A DNA stretch of 64,000 nt, from NCBI GenBank assembly GCA_000320545.1, contig ADNK01002960.1:62001-126000 (forward strand), given 5' to 3'. The translations under genes and the position numbers were made by a program. The notes below the pieces were generated by a model. It worked only from the letters and a program-made list of their open reading frames with translations, made no database searches and was not told the origin of the DNA. The stretch's first letter is position 1. The number at the start of each line of letters is the position of its first letter. This DNA is from Bigelowiella natans CCMP2755. Its lineage: Eukaryota > Protista > Cercozoa. Positions 45,955 through 64,000 of this stretch are shown here, in pieces.

Positions 45955-47164
45955 TTTATTTTACTATATTGATCGTGGAATATGAATTTAATACTGCGCC
46001 TAAGACCTGCCGTTTTTCGGTGATTGTACGTCAAAACGCTGTCAACTAGCGAATCGAGCCGATTGGAGTCTCTTAGAAGCGCGGCTTTTCTTGTTTTCTC
46101 TGAAGGTGAAAGAGGTGAAGGCGGGGAGCAATGGACATACAAACTCAGGGTCTCTCATTGCATCTGAGGATGCAATCGGTCGGCACACGCGCATTTAAAA
46201 ACACATACAAAGACAGAAAAAACAAACAACTACCTGTGGGAGACGTTTTGGGAGAATTACTACGGGCTGGCTTCTTTTCCTCCTCCTCCTCGTCATCGCC
46301 CTTCGCCTCCTCTCTGATTTCTTGCAAAACGGGCCGAGAAGATGTCCTTTTCTTGACAGCCTATAAGGGAGAATCAAGCGGGAAATGGAGGGAAGAAAGA
46401 CGAGGCGGAGGGGGGCGGCGGGGGGGGGGAGGGGGAGAAGAAGGAAAGTCGTCGATCAATAGTCTTATGTGAGGTATTAAAAAATCATTAAAATAAAAAT
46501 GTAGGTTTTTAAGATGTATAGTTTACGAGCATGGTTTTTTAGGCTCACATGGAATTTTATCAGACTTTGATCGATGATAAAAGAAATGAGTGGATTGTTT
46601 TTTTGCCGGTTTTTTTTTTTCCTCTTCAATTTATTTGTTTTTGCCCTCCTCACCGAGGTCACGTTTAATTCTCGCTCTATCTCCGAGCTTTCCTCCTTTC
46701 TCTGATGACGATGCAAAACGCGTTAGGAGCTGCTGGGGGAAGAAGCAAAAGCATCCACACCGAGAAGACAACAATGCACCTCTCGTGTGAGAAAGTACCT
46801 TGCTCGTGGTTGGCTTGTCTTGGTCTACTTTTCCTGGAGATTCAACAAGGAAAAAAAACACGCACTCAATATCCACCGCGAGTCTGATAATGCTCTTCAC
46901 AGGCAACCGTCAAATTATTCTCCTCTCAATAACGAGTCGTCTCCTCCTCCTTCCTCTACTTCACGGAAAGGAACGTGAAACGCGCGACCGCTGAACCGTC
47001 CCACCTTCAAAGCTAACTGGGATAGTAAAAAAGAACTGCGATCCTTTCCCATATTCCGACTTCAGCCACTAAGTATGACCCCGACGTAAGTTTCGCGATT
47101 TGCGTTGGAAAAAAGGCAAAGTCCACGAATTGATGAATGCCGAGTGCAGAGATGAAAGAATATC

Positions 47165-47199
<35 letters not shown>

Positions 47200-47310
47200 C
47201 GTGTTAATATGATATTATAAGAATTAGTATGGGGAAAACTTACTCAAAGTGAGAAAGAGAAAGGTAAAGAGGGACAGATAAAGGGAATTAGAGAGAGAGA
47301 TAGGGAGAAT

Positions 47311-47348
<38 letters not shown>

Positions 47349-47753
47349 AAGAAAATAACCAAAATACCACCCACCCTCCCAACAAACAGCACGTTCAAAT
47401 CCGCAACCACCGCATAAACAACAAACATAGGCACTTCACCATCTTCCCTCCGTGCAGCTTGATTAGTCCTTCCGACAGGGGCAGGCCCAACCCTGTTCCA
47501 CTACACAATAAATGTCCCAGAACCGCCATAACAACGCCTTTCTTAGCGAACGAATATCACCGCTACCAACACCGGGAAACATGCCGTAACAACAGATATA
47601 CACTCGCTATTAACAGCGATTTTGACGTGCTGCGGCGGGAGAAGACACACAACTGCATCAGGCCATAGCATCTCTAATCATCATGCTAGCCATCCATCCA
47701 TGATTTTGACTGACTGCTTTACGGTACGGTGTCGAGTAAAGACATCAATATAA

Positions 47754-47809
<56 letters not shown>

Positions 47810-48001
47810 TATATGATCTTATATCCGGTAGATCCTATTGCAGTCTCCACCTGTACTCCTTTGAAGACGCGTTGTCTGCTTGCTCGAAAACTGTGAAAAT
47901 CTGTTGGAAAACAAACAGCAAAGAATCGCATCAGTTGACTCAGAGAAAGAAAAGCCAAACTCTTTATATTGAAACATAAAATATATAAATACATATATAT
48001 C

Positions 48002-48037
<36 letters not shown>

Positions 48038-48899
48038 TGTGTGTGTGTGTGTGTTTGTTTCATGTGTATACTATCATCTGGGAGCCCTCCCCCCCCTCCT
48101 TCCTTCACTTCCAAGCGTCAAATCTCTCGGCTGTTGGGTGATTGCAGAAGATGCATGCTCCCGGGAATGCCCTGGATGTGCTAAATATGTTTGGTGATTT
48201 GCCTTGTCGAGATGCTTGTCTTTAATCCCAATACCAGTGTCTTCAACCATCACTTGCAGCATCTTCTTATCTGTGATTAGGATTGGATGTGAAATTGATA
48301 TTGCAATTGCCTCCTCCCCCCTTCCGCTCTCCTCCCAAACTTCTCTCTCTCTATCTCTCTCTCTCACTCCCTCTCGGCGTCGCTCGCTGTGTGTCGTGGT
48401 GTTTCCCCGTATTGCATATACCATTTAATCATCAACTGCCTATCACCCAACAGCAAATTCAAAACTGCGAGTAGTAAAGACTATCCCAAACATCGCTTCT
48501 CCCTTGCACATTCAGGAAATCGCGAGGGCAGAACGGGAGGGCAGTGATATCCCTCGCTTTAACGGTTTAATCGTTCAATTGCGTTGTTCTTCTCTCACCT
48601 TTCACATTGATGATGCTGCTGACAACTTTCACGTGCCTGTGTGTACCAAATTTTGCATGTGTCAAATGCCTCATACAATGAAATCGGGGGGTGGGGTGGG
48701 GGGCGAGAGGATAACTTTTTGTTGTCTTTTTACCCTTCTTTGGTAAACTTGCACGCATTTCCAATAAGATTGTATAATATCTGGGCGCGGAAGGGAGGGA
48801 GGAAGAGAATATATTAGTTTGGCCGGTTTTGAGTTCTTTTTATGGGTGCGTGAAAATACACAGTAAGTGCTAGGTACGAGAGTGTGTGTTGTGTTTGTG

Positions 48900-48942
<43 letters not shown>

Positions 48943-49169
48943 GCTATCCCCTGTGTGCCTTGAGATTGATGGGATGGTTGAAAGATATTGAGAGTACCTG
49001 CACGATTCTCTCCCTATCCGCGACTATTTGAACGCTTTCTACTTCGTTAATCAACTTCACCTGGCAAAGCAATAGAGATTTATATCTTTGACGTACGTAG
49101 TATTGGGTGAGTGATTGTGTGTGCGCGCGCGCGTATGTGTATGCGATATCTGCAATGTGATAGGCACAC

Positions 49170-49216
<47 letters not shown>

Positions 49217-49857
49217 CTCTCTTTGCGTGTGTGTGCAGCTATCTATACTATAAACACACACACGCTCACTCACACACACACTTGTACATGTGTGCGTGTA
49301 TTACGTTTCTTTTCTTGATTTGGACGCGGCGCTTGAGATCGATTTGGTTCTCCAGCATCTTCATCACCTGCGATAAACATAACATCGACGCATAGCAGCA
49401 CAGCATTCATCAGTGAGCTGCTTGCCGACAATGTGTAACGCCTACAACAGCCCACACTTACAAAGCACAACTCATACCTCCAACACGGAATCGTGATTTA
49501 AAAAAGAAAGAAAGAAGAAATACCATTTTCTCCGTGTACTATTCAATGATTCCCACATTAGCACTTGCAATCACGATAACTTAAAATAATAATATAGTGT
49601 ACTTTTCCATGATGATATTTCTGTCAATCCCTCTCCCCCCCTCCCTCCCTTCCCCCCGTGGTTTTTCCTCTCCTCGTCTCTCTCGTCTGATTCTCCCTCT
49701 CACTTACCGCACCTCTCTTACAGCTTGTTTGAAATCAAACGTCGCAGGTCGCAGGGCCATCTTGCCCTGTAAACAGACGCAACCAAACACATAGATGATA
49801 TACTAGAACAAGGCACCCCTTTGTTTCTCATACTTTCTATTCTTATGTTAAATATCG

Positions 49858-49919
<62 letters not shown>

Positions 49920-50775
49920 TCAATCTAAAAATCGACGCGACAACTAGCAGTAGCCAATCAGCTCATAACCAGCATCGAGTACACACACACACACACACGC
50001 ACACACGCACACGCACAAACAAGCACACTCATTCCCCACCTCTTTAATCTTAGACATGTTCAGGATTTCATTGACTAGGTTCAGCAGCCGCTCCCCGGAC
50101 CGGAAAATGTCCTTCAAGTTCCTTTTCGCCGTCTCGTCGCAAATGCCAATCTGTGTTGGTTTATCCGGGAGTGTTCGTGACAAATGAAACACTAAAAAAC
50201 AGCTGGGTAATGACGTATTCGGTGTACTATTCAAGGAGCGGATTTGTATTACATAATATATATATATATATATATATATATTTGATATATAAATACAAAT
50301 GCGACCACAGTATCTTAGTTTTGGTATCAATAAATACCTCCGGATCTGTTTCATTTTCCATCATTGTTTGGGATAGACCTATTGTTTGTTATCATGCAGA
50401 ATTTATGGTGTCAATATATATTCCTCCTTAACGCTATGACTCATTACACGTTTGCTTCTCCGCCCCTCACAAAGCAGAATCATCAAGACAAGCTATACAA
50501 AACATCGATCTGTGCTTGTTGTGCTTGAAAAACCTCGTGTGTATGATAAGTTAAGGTGTAAAAATGACGCGTGCGAGAAGAATCAGAACGTGTTACGCAG
50601 TGTTCAAATGAGGAAGGAAAAATCAACCCATAATCCCGTGCAATGGTGTGCGCAACTCGTGGCTGACTCCGGCAAAGAACCGGTCTTTTTCGACCTAAAT
50701 GAACCCCAAAATCCAACAAAAACAACAATACATATGTAACATACACAAACGGCGTATACATATATACATGCATAC

Positions 50776-50815
<40 letters not shown>

Positions 50816-50950
50816 CACGCACTTACAACGTATTGTACTACTGAAAAGGGTACCGTCACTCGTTTAAAGCGTTCTTCCTGCATCTTAATGACCTATTTGA
50901 CGAGTTATATCGCCATAGCAAAAAATAACAAACCAACGTGCACACAAAAC

Positions 50951-50981
<31 letters not shown>

Positions 50982-51474
50982 TATCAGTCTTTAGTGCGCT
51001 CGGTTTCACTAGCACGAAGGTCGTCGCGAGCATGCTCTCTTCGCTTCGTCATTGAACCATGTGAAAAGCAAACAGTGGGGAACTTCATTTGTCAGAGCTT
51101 TCGCGGAAACTACGGATTCCCAGCTACCATCTACAACGGGTGGTGCGCCACAACAACAACACCACGAGCGAATCTACTTTGTCCTGCAGGTGCTTCAATT
51201 CGGAGATGTCGCTTTGGTTCATTATAATCGACGGTTTGCCTGACACTGGATCCTGTTGGGGAAACGAAGGGAATCGAGAGAATTTGACGAATGCCGCGCG
51301 GTTCGGTTTGGTTTAATGTACTCAGCTATGGTGGCGATCTGGAAGATGCTGACTGCTCTCGCGCTCTCACGAGAGGGCGGGATTTGGATGTGTGTTGGTA
51401 TGGCTACGTGTTTCTTGCCGACTTGCGTGTATCTGTGTGCGTGTGTATGTGTGTGCGCGTGTGTGTGTGCGCGC

Positions 51475-51507
<33 letters not shown>

Positions 51508-52020
51508 AACGTTCTATTATTTTGAATCATTTTTTTAAATGAAGGAGTTGGCCGCAGCACCTGATTGTAAACAGCTCGTATGTCATGCCAAACGGCCTCC
51601 TCGCTGAGATACAACACAGTGCGTTCAAGATGACAACGATGTGCGTGGCCGCGGTTATAGAACTACGCGTTATAGAGGGATATAACAGCTGTGGAGAATG
51701 ACAGGACCTCTCCCATTTTTAATATAAAAATGAACATATTCGTGTGCTTGCGTGTGCTTGTGTTTCTTATGCATATATCATATCGTATATAATTAACAAA
51801 CAAGCATACACGCACGCGCAGCCCCAAGCAAAACGCGTATTTATCATGTACAGATACAGATGGGTAGGTGGGTATGCAAATCGCCACTTACTTGTCGGAG
51901 TTCGTGTCTGTTTGTGATTCCTAAATTATCAATAACAACGCGTTTATTCCCATAAATCTCCGCTATAATACCGCATTTACTTTTGCAAACATAAACACAT
52001 ACACAACACACATAGTAACG

Positions 52021-52053
<33 letters not shown>

Positions 52054-53288
52054 TACAAAGTCGATATAATCTCACACAGTTCTTGATAGATAGTGCAGTG
52101 ATGACAACGGCTATGTACACTGACGATGGTGGACAGACCGTTGATTTGCCATCTTTGCTGTGCCGCTCTAGAATAGGCATTGCTATCTCCCCTTTCCAAG
52201 TGCCGCGAAGCTGCCAAATCGCGCAACTCATCGTCATCAAATATATACTCTGGCCAACTACGTGCACAGCTAATATGCACGCTGTGTATTGGCTGAAAGA
52301 TGCAAATGATGGATTTCTCTTCTCGGCTCGCATTGTTTTTTAACAGCGAGTGCAGCTTCGTGCAATAAACGACAAAGGACCTTATCTCTTATATTGGCAT
52401 TCACGCAAGCGCTCAAATGCAGCTAACACTGCGTTGTTAGGTACAATATTAGTTGTTTTTCAACCTTATCCGAGCACCGAAACAGCAAATCGTCAACCAG
52501 GGCTTGATCGCGAAGAATCGACTTTACCAAACATCACAAAACACACAAAACACGCAGCAGTCACAAACGCTAAGTCAATCCTTTGCGAAAAAGAAACTAT
52601 GCGCACACGCTGATTTGGATTAATGAACGACGATACACGATACAATCTCACAACTATATAAATTGAAACAAAGGAAAAGACTAATGCTATCAGTTAATAA
52701 CCGTAAAAAATGGCAAACCTTTAAAGGCGTGGAACCCTGCTGGAAATGACCCTCTTTGGCCAGCACGTCATAGTATTCTTTGGCCTTTATTTAGACAAGA
52801 GCATTTGCAATCAGATGCAGAGAAGCGCACGCAAATGACTGTAGTGAGAACGTGCTTGCTAACATAGCCTCCTTGCTAATCTAGAAGCGTGGACACTACA
52901 AGGTCTCCACGACAACCGGAGATACGCACTCAGACACGCATTTCGGGTAATGTGAAAGTGGATTTGCTGCATGGCGTTGGTGGAAAGTTACCCGAGGGTT
53001 CTGGATCAAAACCTCGCCGTTTGTATTGAATATTGTGATCAGCGTATTCGCATACTCAAATCCTGATTGATATTGGGTTTTCGTGACGATGCCGTAAGAA
53101 CCGATATATCTAACTCGTGCGGCTAAATGAGCGTGCGCGCGTGTGCCGGCTATTCCACGTGTCGTTAGCTGGTATTTTTGAATATTTGATTCGTTACTGC
53201 TCGTGGATCTTTGCATCTGTTAATGTGCTAAGCAACCTTCAATCTTGCGCCGTTCTTCTGCCACCTGAGACGTGCAGTTGGTACAATT

Positions 53289-53338
<50 letters not shown>

Positions 53339-53769
53339 ACATATTTAGGAACATACCGCCTCCGTATCCTTCACGATTTCTTCTACCAATACCCATGTGC
53401 GTGTAGAGCCGTCCTGTGGTAGCGGTGATGGTATTTATTATAGTGATGACAACAATGGTGCTGGTGATGCAAATTACGATGACTGTGATGATGGAAACAG
53501 CGGAGATGACGATTTTGTTTACGAGTTTAATGACGGTGGAGATGGTGATGATAATGCTGCAGATCGAGTCAAGCAAGCTAAGTAGCAATTGTAGTGATTC
53601 TAATGAAATTAACAATAATCTGCATAGATAGAATATCTAATATTCCAAGAAAGCACTATCCAATAAATAGTTGCGAAATCCTTGTTTTATTATGATTCTC
53701 CCCTCCCCCTCCTACTACCTCTTCAAGCATATCGATAGGCTTCATGTTCATATTCAGCGTGTACGGCAC

Positions 53770-53810
<41 letters not shown>

Positions 53811-54313
53811 CAAATCTATATTTACACATTATGCATATATATTTACTATCAGTAAACAAATAGACGCTCATACGCGGTTGCGGTTTCACAAGATGTCAGC
53901 TCCATAACAAAAAAGTCAGTCCAATCCTTCATTGATGCTTAGAAGTAATATATATGCACACATATGCGTGTGTATATATTAATATACATATAATGCTATG
54001 TTATTATTATATGAAACAGAAAGAGAGAGAAAGAGAGAGAGAGAGAGGGGGGGGGGGGGGGGGGGGGGGAGAGTTGAGATGAAATTCACTAACTTACCCC
54101 TCCAGGGTAGATCATCTGAGACGTTGATTTTATCTTTCTATCGACGCAAATGGACTGACCAGCAGCATTGCAGCACAAACAGAGCACGATTCACGTGTTA
54201 GCTATAGCACAAGAGTCGGAAATACCCATAAGAATGCAGCTCTTTCAGGGGAAAAAAAAAAGAAAGAATTTGAATAATTTCTTCCCTCGCACAACATGTT
54301 AACTGCCAATGAG

Positions 54314-54351
<38 letters not shown>

Positions 54352-54677
54352 CTCCCATTATCTTTTCTCCTCCTCCCTCTCTCGCCCCACTCTGCCGTTT
54401 TCTTTATACATCGGCGTGTGGTAGAATGCAGTATCTTTTACACACACACACACACACACCGCACTTGGCCTAACTATCAACAAACGACCTTGTTCATTGA
54501 TTTCATCACTTTTCTATGGCCGTCGGACATTTTCTCCGCATTCATTCGCCCTTTCTCCATCTGGGTACAACGCATTTGAGGAGTATTCAAAGTGCACTTG
54601 TAAGCGAAAGAAAATAAGCGAAACGAGACTTCGTATAAACACTTTGGAGGGTGGTGATGCTAACTTGGTTGCATATG

Positions 54678-54717
<40 letters not shown>

Positions 54718-55381
54718 GGTTAAATACTAATGCAATTAATATACCGGTATTGTTTTATATGTAACATATGAGAATCGTTATTAACGCACCCATTCTTCGA
54801 AGTCCTTGCAGCTCCATATCTGTCACATGTCAGGAGCAATGATGCTCAGTCACGTTATCATAAAATATACACACGCATGCGTGTAGTCTAAGTATCTAAC
54901 GAAAGACCGTCAGAGTGGTAAATACTCTCAGAGGAGAGGGGGGGGAGAGGTTAGTGTTGCGCATAGAAGGGAAGTAGGTTTGCGTGTATTGATCATAGCG
55001 AAGCTGCACTTCACACGGAATAAACGAATGCATCCAGTTTCGACAAGCGTGGCAAGGAAAGCGTCTTCAAGCTACCTCAAGCCACTTCTCGTTGCACCAC
55101 TTATGCTGAAAGAAAGGAGTGGACAAAATGTTTGATAAGGTATGGAGGGATCCTTTCCGTACTTTCATGCGGTGATAACGATTTCCGCGTTAGTTGTGAT
55201 GGAAAGCTAGTATAGAAGTGATGTTGTTACTCACCTCCAGAGGAAACGGCTGCATAATCGCTAGGCCCGCTTGAATGTGCTCGAGAAGCTCGATTTGGTC
55301 CCATCGGAATACACTGATAAGCAGTATGTGTTTCGTTCTTCCCCTTGGATTTCTCTCTCTCGTTATTTCTCTCTCTCTCGT

Positions 55382-55441
<60 letters not shown>

Positions 55442-55462
55442 TCGTGTGTGTGTGTGTGTGTC

Positions 55463-55494
<32 letters not shown>

Positions 55495-55851
55495 TGTGTT
55501 TGAAGTACAGCGCGCGTGCAGCTTGGCATTAGCTTGCGAAGGGCAGTAACCCCTGTGACTAAGCGTGCTAAATCAGTTGCTACCGATTTTCTGACATCTT
55601 TCCGTTGACAATAAACGAGAGTTCCTAAACCGTTGGTAGCCTAAACGTGAGAATAAATCCGTCGTGGAGTGAACGAGGGAACATACAACACACACGCCTT
55701 CATACAATGGCCTCCCATGCTGTCAGGGTGGACAGAACAACTTTTGCTGTTCTTAAGTTACTACCTTCAGCCTATAATCCCGTTGCTCATTTGATGACTT
55801 CTGTGAATATGGCGCGTGCCCTGGTGAATTCCAATCAACTCTCAGAGACAT
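35800..55851 (-). CDS. Multi-exon hybrid sensor: PAS-like region - HisKA - HATPase_c - receiver - class III nucleotide cyclase - coiled-coil tail (roughly 45+ short exons; both ends approximate)
   Basis: Exons read on the minus strand. Sensor region: HKWCNEKWLE (~55.09k), QMIYPGG (~54.1k), LITIFNTNGEVLIQNPR (~53.0k), DPVSGKPSIIMNQSDISELK (~51.2k). Kinase: RFFAGVSHELRTPLHGIMG (50628-50694, H-box), RLLNLVNEILNMSKI, ILYNLIGNACKFT (N box, ~48.76k), VEDTGIGI (G1, ~48.23k), GTGLGL (G2, ~47.49k). Receiver: VLSVDDDPVN (~45.14k), LPDVILL/DVMMPGMSG (~44.3-44.0k), GANDYVSKPF (~43.47k). Cyclase: VTILFA/DIEDFS (~42.6-42.4k), ATFGDVYM (41923-41972), VRVGVHTG, PRYCYFGDT (40602-40646). Confidence 0.85.
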
Positions 55852-56731
55852 TGGTCCGACGAATCCCACATCTTTGCAAAACAAGGCGACTATTCCTACT
55901 CTATTCCACCAATAAAAGCCCCGGTTTACACATAGTAATATTGACGGTAGCAGGCAACTATAGGAGAGTGGAAGAGGGAGGGGTGACAGTGAGTCTACTA
56001 CTCCGAACAACGCCCTCCCCCGCCCCCTTGGAGAGGAGTTTCAATACCACGGTCAGATTTTGAATTCCAGAAATATTTTCCGATTTATCAAAATTTTAGG
56101 CTATTTTTATAGTACATTACTTTTAAATTATTGTCGCTCATACTAATTGGCAAAGTATCTACCTCGGCTTTCGGTCTCCTGGCGGCTCTACTTGCCCGGA
56201 GCAGTTACCGGCCTCAGGGGGAGGCACGTTGATGTGAATAGATTTTTTTTTTTGAATATATCTTCGTATAGTTTTAACCTTTTTTAAAATATAATGATTT
56301 TATAAATCTATCAAATTGTCATTTACAACACTATTTTCAATTTATTTATTTTGGATATATGAACGATATTTTCCGGCCTAAATGTTATTCGAATCCCCGG
56401 CCGGCGACGATCAGAGAAGAGGTTCGAGACTCTCGTCAAAAGCATGTGTGACATCTTAAGTCGTCTTTAATGATTAGCGACAACCAATATTCTCTGTCGT
56501 AATATTTAAATATAAGCGATATACGAATAAAGTTGTACTAATAACCGTTTCCCTTTGGAATGAAGACATGAATGGCCGCGGATTTTCTTCTTATTTTCAG
56601 TTTTTTCCTACATTTTACCCAAGAATACACTCCGTTTTTTTAAAACATTGTCCTGCCTGAAACGAGCTTCCCCTTCCCCCTCATCGCTACTATCAGAGCA
56701 CAGCCCGGCTATCGCCACGGGAGAGGCTGCC
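55852..56731. promoter_or_regulatory. AT-rich divergent intergenic region (putative bidirectional promoter)
   Basis: Lies between the putative ATGs of the minus-strand kinase-cyclase gene (55851) and the plus-strand coiled-coil gene (56732). It is AT-rich and free of microsatellites. The call is positional only. Confidence 0.4.

Positions 56732-64000
<7,269 letters not shown>

Overview
Eukaryotic (protist/alga-like) nuclear DNA with spliceosomal GT-AG introns; the organism cannot be fixed from sequence alone. The window has two compartments. The left ~35 kb holds intron-poor accessory genes: a WD40 ORF, a COG0523 metallochaperone GTPase, an intronless ABC-F ATPase with a C-terminal SMN/SPF30-type Tudor domain, a head-to-head pair of tyrosine-kinase-like (DFG->GYG)-Kelch genes sharing a 1.15-kb inverted duplication, and an ankyrin ORF. 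These genes are interleaved with patches from which the dinucleotide TpA has been removed. The right ~29 kb holds two microsatellite-rich, many-exon genes: a minus-strand PAS-like/histidine kinase/receiver/class III cyclase hybrid and a plus-strand coiled-coil gene that runs off the end. The main signal is a ~9-kb block (~11.3-20.3 kb) containing a PIF/Harbinger transposase and a spliced EF-hand gene relic. By my reading TpA survives there only 11 times, each inside CTAG. Conserved Tyr/Ile codons have become Cys/His and Met/Thr, and duplicated copies show reciprocal TG/CA at the same site. This looks like regional TpA->TpG/CpA (A:T->G:C) hypermutation, the mirror image of fungal RIP, and is a candidate genome-defence system. 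All counts and exon assignments were made by eye and need computational confirmation.
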